NCBI GenBank assembly: GCA_002189035.1
Contig: NEEC01000002.1
Location: 4,712,001-4,776,000 of the forward strand
Direction: 5' to 3'
DNA: 64,000 nucleotides
DNA from: Utricularia gibba
Lineage: Eukaryota; Plantae; Magnoliophyta
Shown here one piece after another: positions 48,968 through 61,847 of the stretch; positions within the stretch are counted from its first letter, which is position 1; every line of letters starts with the position of its first letter. A program made the translations under genes and the position numbers. The notes under the pieces are model-generated. The model ran no database searches and had not been told where the DNA came from. It saw only the letters and a program-made list of their open reading frames with translations.

Positions 48968-50152
48968 TAATAAATGAAAAATTTGCAATGTTGTTAATAT
49001 GTAAATTTATGTATCAAATAAATTTATAAGTCTAATATACACTCAATTATAAAACAAATATGAGCATAGTGGATTTAAATAGAATACAAAGAGCTATGTG
49101 CTTATCATATAAAAGCAAATGCATTTTATTTTTGTAACATTTGAAGATTAAGTTTAATGGAAGACCGATGCCAGTCTAAAATAAAATACAACAAAGCAAT
49201 AATAGGTAAATTCGACTACTAACTACAATGAAATAATGTAATAACTTGAACCTTCCAAGAGTGGCATGCATTACTATACTTATTCTAACTAACCCAACAA
49301 TCAATAATTTAACAAACAAAGATTTAAATCTACCTAAATCCTTGTTTTTCATAACTTTTGGTCTATCTTTAGTTAGGTTTGTTTATGATGAATTTCATTA
49401 ATTCCTTCTCTTGAATCTATCTTAGTTTGATAATGAATTAACATGGTTGCTGAGTTAAGGTAGTCTAATAAACAATAATCATACACACTCTTTTCTACCT
49501 CAAGTAATCACATGTGTTTAGCCACTCATGATGAAGTAAAATGAAGAATGTTCATCACATAACACCGAAAACATGTTCATGTCACACCTTAATAATAGAA
49601 AGATAACAATAATGAAATGTAAACAATTCAATACAAAATATTAAATGGTTGCGATCAACTTCCAATTGCGAGTAATATTCCTGATAAACTAAAGAAATCT
49701 TTAGCGATAAGCTTGTATCCTAGTTCGCCTCCTTTGTCCTTCTTGGTTCGTATGGGATTTTTCTTCCTAAACCCCCTTCAAAAAACGTGTTGCGTGTTTT
49801 TCCAAATGGTGTATCTTTTTTTCTCTCTCTCATTATCTCCCAAATCCACTTTTTTTGCCTTCTTGGGATTTTGTATATTCCATTTTAAGCTTTTGTCTGC
49901 ATTTCCTGTCATCTTCACTGTACATTTTCGACTACTTGGAATTTAAATTATTGAAAATATGCTGCATTACTCAAGAAAAATGATTAAAACAAAGATTGAG
50001 TCTAAATCCAAAATTTAGTTCCAATCTTCAATAAAAAAAACTAAGCAACATTGTTAATCATGAACATTCAGAAATTCTAAATAACGACTTAATATTATAG
50101 AATAATTTTAATCATTTCATAATCATAAAACACTTGAAAATATATGTTATCA
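48968..50152 (-). mobile_element. Old family A/E solo LTR (about 1185 bp) inserted in the copia remnant
   Basis: Starts TAATAAATGAAAAATT, ends ...ATATGTTATCA; rc of CATGAGTGGCTAA at about 49520. Flanks TTGAT/TTAAC differ by two transitions. Confidence 0.55.
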
Positions 50153-51628
50153 TTAACTATAACCAGAATAAAGTCTTTGAAGGCTAGATTTAGTGGTGTA
50201 GAGTATCTAGGCATTATTTTTTATTTTATCTCAATAGTCTTTCTAATGATTTCTTGAGTTTACATTGCATAAAGTTTTGAAATCAACTTGAAATTGCTGT
50301 TTCAATAATTTTATAATTTGAAATAGTCTCCTCCAGGCCTTGAAATTTTTTCCCTATATATAATATATGATTATAATTGAATTGAATATTATTTATTTCT
50401 AATACTATATTTCTCTCAAATTAGTTTCATTTGTTTTTGATATCATGCTTGCAAAGCCTCGTATCTTTTACATATGAGCTAAATTATGTAAACATCCCAC
50501 ATTTTAATTTAGAAATTATCTAAATATTTTATTAATTTTTTCAATCAAAAAATATTTTCTTCTTTATTTCTCTACTCGCATTCGTTTTTTTAGTAACTGC
50601 ACTTTGTGTCAAATTCGTCTCCAACACACAATGAAAGTTATTGACAATCTAAGAATCCAAATAATACATCTACTAAATAATACCCATAGAAATGGGATTG
50701 AAACAACAACATATCATGAATACATGCAAAATTAAAGGAGATAATAGGTTAACTACCTTAATTTTTTTTAAAGATTTTCATATTACCTTAATTTTAAATT
50801 TTATTATTCTTTTACCTTATTTTTTTAATTTAATTGTTAATATATCTTATCTTTTGTAATTATTTTTATATTACCTCAATTCAGCATGCAATAAGATTTT
50901 ACCTTAAGAATTTCAACATAATTGTTATATACCTTCATTTTCTTATTTATTTTTATTTTATCCTACTTTCTATTTCTAAATTTATTATTTCATTTGATGT
51001 TTTTGGCATGGCGTGAATAACTATATTTTTCTTAAATGTTTGATGTTAACTTCTATGTTTCTTGGGAGTTTTGAATGGGGCAGGGTGAGGGGGAAATAGA
51101 GATCACTAATAAACCACTTACCTTTTCTCAACATCCCAAAGATTGTTCAAGGAAGACATATCATCCCCTTTATGAAGGTAATGTGATTCTTTCTCAAGCT
51201 TTTTGTATCATCATGATTTTTTTTGAGAAAATCAATTATATTTGTATTTAATCATTATACCTTAGTTACTTCATAACAAATAGAAATTAGAGCATCATGG
51301 ATTTAAAAGAATAGAGCAATCAGAATATGCTACTCCATCTTATGATGAAGTTAAGATATACATTCGCTATTGTTTAGAAGTATTAAAAAAATTGTTATTT
51401 CTTAATATTTTTTGGATTGAATAGTTTCTGGCATTTTGGAATTAAAATAGATTGAATACACACAAGAGAGAAAACCCAAGCTCACGTTTTGCCTCTTGCT
51501 CTTTTCTTCTTCTTTGTGGTCGATTTACAACAAGTGGTTCCCTGCATGCTGATTCTGGTACTTCATCTTTGCTACATGGTTCATTAGCACGTGGATTCCT
51601 CTTGTGTGTCCTCCTTTGTGTACCCCGC

Positions 51629-53026
51629 TGATAACACACATTTTTCCTGAAATTTATAACACAAAATAGCTATATTTTATTATGGTTTGAGTTAGACAAA
51701 TATGGTTTTTAATGTTTTAGTGGTGTTTATGTTAATCTTGTGTGATTATGCTAAAAAATGGACTAAATCCTTTGATTTAGTCCACAACTTTTATTACTAA
51801 TGTTTCACTAAGTTTAGCAGGGAGATCAGCAGAAAATCAGATGTGCAAACGTGTGGAACAAGTGAAGAAGGGCGCAAAATCCGGAGAAGGACAAAGAGCA
51901 CTGTTCTGCAGCCACCGCAGTCTACAAGTTCAGAACATGAACAGTACTGGCAGTCAGAAACAATGCAATGGAGTGAACCAAAAGAAAAGAAAATTAATTT
52001 GAAAAAAGAAAGAGAGCGCGAGGAAGCGAACAGCGAGGGGGACGCAAGGGGGTCTTCTTCCCTAATGGGAAAAACACCAACCAGAAGGGGGAAGGGAGGC
52101 CTCCATCATCAAGAACAGCACCGGAGCCCAGTCCAGCGCTACTGTTCCGGGCTGTGAACAGTAGCTAACGGGCGGGAGAACAATCCTATTTACTTTCTGT
52201 TTTCTGAACATTTCAAGTTTCTGCGTTTTACTTATTTACAATGTTTCTGCCATTTTGGCCAACTGACATGAATGAAATCGTGTTTTATTTCCCAAGCATG
52301 AGTGGCTAGAGTCTTAGGGATGCCTTAAGGTGAAGTGGTGTGGTGTGTGCTTAGATTTGATGATGAAATTTATGTGTATTACTTAACTCTTGTTTCTAAC
52401 AAACCATGGGTAGACCTAAGGAGAGAAGCAAGTAGTTTCACAACTTAGATGCTTGGTTTAGAGGTAGACCAACAAACTAAGACGGGGGCAATCGGTGTTA
52501 GTCCTGGGTAGAACCAGTAGAACCGGGTAGACCTAGTTCTATATGCCTTGCATGCGGGTAGACCTAATTGCAATATGGGTTATGACATTGGGGACTAGCT
52601 TAAGCCAAAAATATGATGAATGATCTGGGTAGACTTAGGTTATTCGAAGTTGTGAGTGTAGGAAGATAGCAAATTAATTTAGGAACCTTAGTATGACACC
52701 ACCCGCAGATCCTTAAGGCGTCCTCGTATTAGTCTGAGTCAAAACCAATACCTGTTACCTTAGCGTAGAAACCTGATATTGCTTACCTACCTTGTTTACT
52801 GAACTTGTTTACCACTGTTAGTCCGAGCTTAGACTAAGACATGCTGTTATCCCGAATTATGCATTTACTAGAACACTTAACAAGCACAAGCTCTTCGTGA
52901 TCGACCCCGACATCCACTATACAAGTTTTCTAAATTTGTATTTTGTGTAGATTAGGGAGTATAAATTTATTTGATACGGATTTTCTATTTTTAATTGCAA
53001 CGATATTAAAATAAAACCATTTATCA
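51629..53026 (+). mobile_element. Family A solo LTR (1398 bp)
   Basis: TGATAACAC...CCATTTATCA, TSD CCCGC/CTCGC. Collinear (inverted) with 57010-58375. Confidence 0.93.
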
Positions 53027-54290
53027 CTCGCGTTTCCCTTCATATCTCTCCTCATGATGAGGATTTTGATTGTTGCGTCGGTTTGCTCCATGATACTCTC
53101 AATGATCCTCTCCTTCCCACCTTGGAGGAGAGTTTACCCCCACCTTTGAGTTTGTGGGCTGCTGTTTTGCCCTGCATGCTGATCAGATTCAAAAGCTATG
53201 TTCTCTTGCCACCCTTGCGCAAACGTTGATTGCAGCCTTCATTAACTCTTGCATGCCTGCGCATTTCTAGACCATGTTCCAGCAGCCCACTGGTTCTTCC
53301 TAGGTCTGATAATGCACGTGTGACTACTTCTCAAAGAAGTTCCACACCTCACTTTGATCCCTACCTTGCTGATGTGCGTTCTTATGCATGCTCTTCATTA
53401 GATCCACCACTATGCCTTCAATATGAGCCTACATGATCATGATGAGCAGAAGACCTGCTTATACATGTCCCTCTTTCGTTTTCCAACAAGGTTGATCTAA
53501 TTGCCATATTTGGCAGGTGTCTTCTCATTTGTTCCTATCCACTATCTAGTTCGGACATCATCAGATAGTCCTCCTCATGTCCAGAGTGCCTTCTAGATAC
53601 ATTTTCCCTTTGTTGCTCATGTGCTCAAAGATTTTCCAACCTAATTCTCAGGCAAGTCCTATCAATTTTCAGGTCCAGCGGATACAGCTGAATTGAAGCC
53701 CTATGCTTGCGCATGCAGCAAAGATAAAAAGAGTTTGCTTTCGCAAGCGTACAAACAGGTAAAAACGATAAAAATAATAGAAAGAATAAGAAACAACCAA
53801 AAAAAATCAAAAAAAGAAAATCCAAAGCAATACAACTCCCCGACAATAGCATCAAAAACTTGATGGTAATTCTGGAAATGCACAAAAACCTTCAAAGTAA
53901 TAAAATAAGATTGTATCTACAAGGAATTATTATTTAAATTTTCTTTTCAAAACAATGACTCAAAAGACCGAAAACAAAGTGATTAAAAACTCATCATATT
54001 GTGTGTGTGAAAACTTAGAGTACTGACCTACTTGTGTAAACTTTAGGAGTATTATTCTAAAATAGCGCTAATTGATAACCGCTATAACACAGTCTCTTGT
54101 TTAGTGGTATTATAGGATCAACCATGCTACAAGCGCATTTCATCTCTTGTGATAACCTATGTTTTTCCCACACCCCTACACCTCTCACCTCGCACACGAA
54201 TTAAGCATAATGTGCCTTACCAACGATATCCGATTGAGCCTTCTTCTAAGGTGCTTGAGGCCAATCTTTGATTCTTCCACGCTACCTTAG
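53027..54290 (-). mobile_element. Family D Athila element: LTR 3' half (53861-54290), PBS (53837-53854), degenerate gag start
   Basis: Minus strand ...CCATCA, then TGATGCTATTGTCGGGGA (13/18 to the tRNA-Asp PBS), then MRKHRASIQLYPLDLKIDRTCLRIRLEN (Athila leader). The internal sequence probably continues left of the LTR at 51629. Confidence 0.75.
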
Positions 54291-54399
54291 GATTTTATAT
54301 GATACTAAAGAGCATATTGATAAAGAAAGCATTGCGAAAAAAAGAATCAAACTTAAAACTAAATGATAACGAACATAGTAAGAAAACATTGCAAAAACA

Positions 54400-55300
54400 T
54401 TGTGCAAGTCTATTATTAGTATTTTTATACATATTTTTATTATTTTTTAAAATGGATAATTTAGTCAATATTATGATTTTTATTATTCTTCTAAGTGTTA
54501 ATAACAACAATATGGATGAAATTTAGTTAGCTTATATGCACAAGTTGATGGGCACAACACACAAGAAGGGGATATGATTGATATTCAGCTGCCTGTAGTC
54601 TACACGTTCAGATCAAGAATAGTACAAGTGTAAGGAACAATGTACTATCTTTCAAAAATGGAAAAAAAAAGAAATAAAAATATTTTTAGAGACAGGAGGA
54701 GGGAGAACAAGACCAGACCCAAGAAGGGGGAGGGAGAACATGAAGAAAGGAAAAAGAAGATAATATTACAGAAGAAAAATCTCTAATGTGAAGAACAATA
54801 CTAGAAACTCAATTCAATACTATTGTTCCAAGCTGTGAACAGTAGCTAATGAGGAACGGCAATATTCTACGTTGTTTTTAGTTTGCTAAATATTTTTTTC
54901 TATTGAATATTTTCTTCAATTTATGTTTATGAAATCATGTTTTTACTTTTGAACATAAGTAGCTAGACTTTAGGGATAACTTAATGTATAGAATGATGAT
55001 GCGATTTAGGATTGTTAAGAAATCTAAGATTTTGTACATTAGATTTTGTTTCAAACATCGCTCGGGTAGATTCAAGGGGGTAAGGAACACCAGTGCAGCT
55101 GAATAGACATTAATTTTGGATAGAATCAGTAGAATCGGATAGACCTAGCTCTACATATTTTGTATGATAATAGACGTAAGTGCAAAATGATTGATGATAT
55201 TAGGGATTAATCTAGCCGAAAACATGAGAAACAACCTGGGTATACTTAGGTTGTTTAGAATATGTATATAGACAAATTGTGGATTAGATTAGGAACTTTA
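54400..55300 (+). mobile_element. Family A LTR fragment, both ends missing
   Basis: Collinear with 7300-8220, e.g. TTCAGATCAAGAA..., CAATTCAATACTATTGTTCCA...GAACAGTAGC and GAATCAGTAGAATCGGATAGACCT. Confidence 0.75.
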
Positions 55301-57009
55301 AAACCATTTCATCTAAACCACCTTGGTAGGATAAAAAAAAGTCACAACATGGTATGACTGCTTAGAAGAAGAAATGTTCTAAGAATAAAAAAAAAGGTGA
55401 AAATATTATGTTCTTTGAAATTTTAATATCACTCATTTATCATCTAATAATTACCACGTTCTTATATTATGTAGAATGAGGCCAAGGCAATCAATAGCAT
55501 ATGTGATGAGAATGACAAATGCCATGACAATGACAACAAGGGGAGCCTAATAATTGTCTCTACATAGTGTCACCCATTACATTTTCAAATAACTTCCAAG
55601 GTAAACAAGCTAAAAAGATTAACCTACAAAGCCCACTATCTCTGAAACTAGTGATTCTTATAATGAAGATGTTGTTAGTATACTATAAATACACTCTATT
55701 CAACAAATGTGGATTATTTTATAACTGCGAATTCTATGAATTACACTATCTCTATAACTTACATGGCCTTTTTATCTAGAAAAATGCCTCAGTGGTCGAA
55801 GATGATGCATCATTTAGCAATGAAGATGATGGCCTTGTATTCGACAAGTGTGGATTCTTTTATAACTATCAATTCAACAATTGTGATAGTGTAGGTTATG
55901 ATTTCAAAAAAAAAAGAAAATTGCCAACTTTGGAAGACAATCACAGTCTACAAAACTACCATTGTTGAGTTCATATGGTCAACTTGCAGATGATCAGTTT
56001 GAAGTCTTGAAAGAGTAAGTAATTAGTTAATTCCCAAGTAAGGTTGTAGATCATTTTCCAATCTTCATTATTTCTATGGATGTAGATGCATGTTGGACAT
56101 GGTCCCTAATCTACCCAAAGATGATTTATGCATTGCTTTCTTGATGTCATTCGAAAATGTTGTGAAAGCAGTTGATGAACTACAATACGCAACTGCCTTA
56201 GGACGTCTTCCAATTCCAGGGAAAAAATATTTGATTATCCCAATACTCAATGGGTAAGTAGTGATATTTTTTTGAATTAATTTAAAATGTTTTACTGGAT
56301 AATTCATGTGGTAGGTTTTATTGGAACTTGCTTATAATATACCACCTGAATAATGTGAGGCAAGGATGGGCATGTTTACTTGATTCCCTAGGGATGCAAC
56401 GATACTCAGTCATGTATCCATCTATTTGCAAGTATGTGTTTGCATACAAGCTAGTTTTTTGGTTTGGATTTGTGTAGTTTGTTGCAATGTTAGGTTCCTA
56501 AATTGTTTGTTCAAGTGTATAATCACATAGACATTAAAAGGAAACATAGACCAATCCCCATTGATTGTCCAGTGGTAACAAACTTGAGTTATGTTGCCGA
56601 CATTCGTTCCTTTTTTCTAAAATATTAAGTTGGTCAGGTTCCGATTCAATTAGAGGGTACGGAGTGTGGATTTTGTGTTATATGCATATATTTTTGAGAC
56701 ATTTCCTGAAAGTGTTCAACTAGGATCATGCCGCAACTGTGGTATGATAATCTAAACATTATTATTGTTTTTAGGCTTGAGCATCCTCACTTGTGTATCT
56801 ATTGTGATCATTTAAGGAGGATGTGTTTACAATAAGAACTGTTCAAATGTTGGCCCATCGGTTGCATGCCAAAGACATTTACCTGAAAGCTTAACATTTT
56901 CTAGTGCTTCTAATCATATTGGGCTGTAATTCAACATTTTCATAGATCAAACCATTGTGTACATAGCTAATTTTGTGTGGCCTAATCGTAAACATTTCAT
57001 GTAACTAAA

Positions 57010-58375
57010 TGATAAACGGAAATTTTATCATATCGTTGCAATAAAAGCAAACTTCCGTATCAAATACATTTATATCCCTAATCTATAAAAAATACAAATT
57101 TAAAAAACTTGTATAGCGGATGTTGGGGTTGATCACAAGAAGCTTGTGCTTATCATGTATTTCAGCAGATGCAGAATTCAAAGTAATGGTAAGTCTTAGT
57201 CTAAGCTCGGACCAACAGTGGTGAACAAGTTCGGTAAACAAGATTAGTAAACAATATCAGGTCTTAACGCTAAGATAACAGGTATTGGTTTTAACTCAGA
57301 ATAATACTAACGTGCCGTAAGAATCTACAGGTGGTGTGGTGCCAAAATTTCTAATTTAATCTACCATATTCCTACACTCACAATTTCAAATGACTTAAGT
57401 CTACCCAGGTCATTCATCATATTTTCGGCCAAGTTAGTCCTCCATATCATCACTAACCTTGCAATTAGGTGTACCTGCATGCAAAGTATATAGAACTAGG
57501 TCTACCCGGTTCTACTGGTTCTACCCCGTACTAACACCTACTGCTCCCACCTTGATTTGTTGGTCTACCTCTAAATCAAGCATATAAGTTGTGAAGCTAC
57601 TTGTTCCCCTCCTTAGGTCTACCCATGGTTTGATGGAAACAAGAGCAAAGAAACAATGGTCAATTTCATTAAGACTCCTAGACCCACACTACTATGTTTC
57701 ACCTTAAGGCAATCCTAGGGTTTAGCTATTCATGCTTTGAAAGTAAAAAGTGATGGCATTAACACAAAACAACGAAAATATCAAGAACTTTATGAAAGAG
57801 TTCAGTTTTCCGTTTGCTGCTGTTCCCTGGCCGGAACAGTAGCACTGGACTGGGTTCTGATGCTGTTCTTGAGGGTGAAGTCCTTCTTCTCCCCTGGTTT
57901 GTGTTCTTCGTATTGGAGTTGGAGGTTGGGAGAGAAACCCCCTCATCCCCCGTTGGAGGTTACTGAATGTTGGAGGGAAAAATCCCCCCCGTGTGTATTC
58001 TAAAAAACGCATTGTCCCCTTGCGATTCTCTCTCCTCTCCCTTTCTCTTGCCTCCCACTGCCCAAGGCAAGTATATTCTCTGACAGTTCTACTGCTCCTG
58101 CCCTTGACTGCAGACTGTTGTCGGGTTAGTGTATTCATTACTTCCTATTGTGCGATAACTTACACGAAATCCTTGACTTTTCCATGATTTTCGGGTAGTT
58201 AGTGGGCTCAAAATTGGGTTAGAACATGGGTGAGGATTTAGTCCACTAAAACACTAAAAATCATATTTTCCTAAATTATATATAAAAATACTTAAAACTA
58301 TAAAATAAACAACTAAACATAATTAAAAACTCATGATTTTCACATCCTAAAAACATGAAAATTTGTGTGCTATCA
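57010..58375 (-). mobile_element. Family A solo LTR (1366 bp)
   Basis: Plus strand TGATAAACGG...GTGCTATCA with a perfect TSD CTAAA (57005-57009, 58376-58380). Confidence 0.95.
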
Positions 58376-60368
58376 CTAAACTAGTTCATTTCTTGATCTT
58401 TCATACATACAACATTAACATGTTACACTACCAAAGTATGAAAATATGACAAACTTGCACTAGTTTTTTGGTTTAGATTTGAGGTTGGAAAAAAAAAATT
58501 ATCCAACCCCTAAAATCATAAACCCAATTTCACCCTAAACTCCATTATCCAAGTAGCCAAGAGTTAGGCGACTCGACGCGCCTTGATTTCAACCTCATTC
58601 ATATGGCACGGCAAAAACACATTTTTTCACTGCCAAAAATGGATTCAGACCCAATTTCAGCCACACGATGAGAACAAGGTCAGCGCAGCTTGATACATTA
58701 CCCATTCACCTACATCGCGATTCCAGTAGTAATAGTGTCAAATCCACAATTGACATGGATAGCGACATCTCTAACATGGAAGGTTTGTTTCACAGATGCA
58801 CAGGCATAAGTTGGTTTTTGCATAGTAATGTTGGAACATTTTTTTTCAAATAATGATATGTATGAACATTTCTCAGAAGTAACTAACTAGTTTTCTGCAA
58901 TTGTGTGGAATGTACAGAGAGAATGGCTACCAACATCCACAATGTCAAAACAATGGTGGGAATTCAACAAGTAAGTTCATTTTGAAACTAGGTGAAGAAG
59001 CACATAAGATGAGCTACGATGAATCATGAAAATTAAGTTCATTCAAAAACTGTGCATTGTTTGAGAATTGCCAATTCAATGGTCGTGGTAGTGTAGGTTA
59101 CACCTTCAAGAATTTGAAGAAACAGTGTGAAAAAAGCATGAGCATTGCTTCGATGAAGATGATTCCAAGGTCCCTGATCCAATGTGTAGCACTAATACTA
59201 TTTCTTTGGTTCCAACAAGACCATCTATCATGAACAAAAAAAGGGAAGAAACCTACTAGTAAAAAATCTCCAATGAAGTCCTAGATGATGTTGCAAATGT
59301 CATACTTGAATTTTCTTTACATTACGCAAATTGACTGATGAATTTGTTATTTGATTGTCCATGAGACAAATTCTTAATCATTTTGCATTCATTTTCATTA
59401 ATGTGTTTATCTCAATATATGGTTTCAATAAGTATCACCATACTCAAAATTGTAGTATGATACGAAAATTATGATTATTATTATTATTATTCAGAGTTTT
59501 TAATAGAGTTTAGAGTTTTGGATAGGATGTCGGCTTTTCATAAAATAAAACTATTATTATCATTAATATTAATATTTAATAATAATAATATTATTATTAT
59601 TATATTTATATTTATATTAGTAATAATTAAAAAAATCAATATGAGGCAAAATTGTATATTTTGAAACATGTAGTGCCAAAATACACATTTAAAACTTTGA
59701 CGTAAGTTAGAGTATTTTTGTATTTTTAGAAACATTTGAAATAAAAAATATATTTTTAAAACATATATGACATATTTAAACGTTTTGTCATAAAGTTGAG
59801 GATATTGTTGCATATGTGTGTGAACTTTAGAGATGAAGTTGTGCCACAGTAAATTATTAGGACATTTTTGCTCATGTATGTAAACAATTGGTGAGACTTC
59901 TGCTGATTTTCCGTTTTTACAAATGTTAGATAGACATATGGTCCGTATAAGAGATGAAGTTTATAAAGTGATCGTGGTTCATGACTTGTTTCACAGTTCA
60001 ATTCTTCTCATGAAATACATAGATGGTGTGTTTTTTTACATAAGAAGGAATTGTATGAGCCATATTGGCTTAAAATCCAAAGGAATTTCATAGTTGATTA
60101 TATGAGGAATGACTAATACTTTATGATAGAGGTTATATGTGCATCTAATCGATTTTATATTCATATTATATTTATATTAACATGAAAACTGCAAAAATAA
60201 CACCTCAAATTTGGGTCAATATAAGGAGTCAAAACTCCAAGTTTCATAATTGAAAAAAAGATCTCAAAAGCCTAGGAGATACTTATAAATCTGGTGTTGG
60301 TGGATAACAAAATCAGCTTCTCCTGAGCAAAATCGGTTGAAAAAGATCTCAAAAGCCTCCTGACAACC

Positions 60369-60706
60369 TGTTATAGGTCGATAGACCGATAAGCATCAAA
60401 ACTGGGCAACAACGATCATTTTGACAATCTAAAAAGTAGCCGAATTATAGAAATATAAGAGTAGTTAGCAATTATCTGTTAGCAGGACTACAGCATGGCC
60501 GGATCAGTTTTCCCTATAAATATAAAGAGTTTTGAATAAGAAAGGTTTGAACTCCCTTTATTCTTACTTGTATTGTTCATTCTTCCTCCTCTATTAGTGA
60601 AACTCATTCTCTTCGATGAGCTTCGATAGCTCCGTGGTTTTTCCGTCTTCCAACGGTTTCCACTTAAAAATCTCTAGCCATTTTTATTTCTCACATCCAC
60701 GTAACA
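60369..60706 (+). mobile_element. Short copia-type solo LTR (338 bp)
   Basis: TGTTA...TAACA termini, internal CCTATAAAT TATA box, and the CTCCGTGGTTTTTCC...GGTTTCCAC motif. Left flank CAACC recurs overlapping the right terminus, as if one CA was lost. Confidence 0.7.
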
Positions 60707-61445
60707 ACCCTAAAGCCCGCATATCCTAAAACGGACTCAATCAGGTCAATCTTATATACAACTTCGAATCGGTAAATCGGTTCCCATCGCCAGTCCGATT
60801 TCCGACCACAACATATATGAATTGAAAAGGTAATCTATTATTATACATTTCAATAATCATATGTATATATCTTTATTTAAATCACATTAAAGAAGTCTCA
60901 AAATATTTTGTAACATAGAACAAATGCAATTTACAAAACAAAACAAAAAGGATTCCATTTGATGATCAAGTTACCAAGAAGTATGAGGAGGCCTCTAGAA
61001 AACTTTCTCCACTTACATGCACCACATATGATACACGAAATATGGTTTCAAAAGTGAAATTAGTAGACTCACATGGTACAATAACTAATTGGGTATACTT
61101 TTGAGAGTATATATGTGATTGTGAAGTTTGATAACTTGATAGCTATCAATGTGCTCATTCATAAAAGGTATGTCATGCAATCCATATCATTGTTTTATTT
61201 ACTAAATATTATTAATTGCATTCATTCTTATATAAATATAGACTTATCATCGATTTCGAGTAAAGCCAAGAGATTAGACAAGTGAATATTATAAGGTCAC
61301 ATATTTGATGAATACCTACAATACTCAAGTTCAACCGGTATGAGATGAGCATTATTGGGTACCAGCATCATTTTTATTTCAAGTAGATCTATCAAGAAAG
61401 CAAACAAAACATAGTCGTAGTAATTCGATAACGCACAAGAGACCA

Positions 61446-61847
61446 GTGAACTTTCAGAATTCAAGAAGATACCATAAGGTTGCTGCAAATAAATCGAATC
61501 CTATGGATGTCAACTCTCAACCTTCTGATCAATCTTATTATGAGACGATACATCGATGTGATTCATCTTGGCCTTCAAGATCTATGCTACCTCAAAGACT
61601 AGATACCATCCTATTGCCCTCTGATTCTCATATTGAGCAACAATCATCCAAATATTCATTATATGAAAGAGAAAATAGCATATCTACATGTAATTCAAGC
61701 TATACTAATACTAGAAATCTTTGTGGCCTCTACAACCATCAATGCTCCATTTCCTTTTGTGATTCATTGTTGAGGTCATCACAAAAATCTACTTTAGGAT
61801 GGTTAGGACGACATTTCGGACTATCATGGAAGCTTAAGAAAAAATGA
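61446..61847 (+). CDS. Hypothetical 133-aa Ser-rich ORF, unrecognised
   Basis: Long for this very AT-rich context (alternative ATG at 61502). No domain recognised; weak resemblance to motifs at 55.7-59.1 kb. Confidence 0.25.
   Translation: MNFQNSRRYHKVAANKSNPMDVNSQPSDQSYYETIHRCDSSWPSRSMLPQRLDTILLPSDSHIEQQSSKYSLYERENSISTCNSSYTNTRNLCGLYNHQCSISFCDSLLRSSQKSTLGWLGRHFGLSWKLKKK

Noticed and set aside
56080-56260. Frame CMLDMVPNLPKDD...LPIPGKKYLI resembling PIF/Harbinger proteins
   Set aside because: The resemblance is to two different Harbinger proteins, each by only a few residues; not callable.
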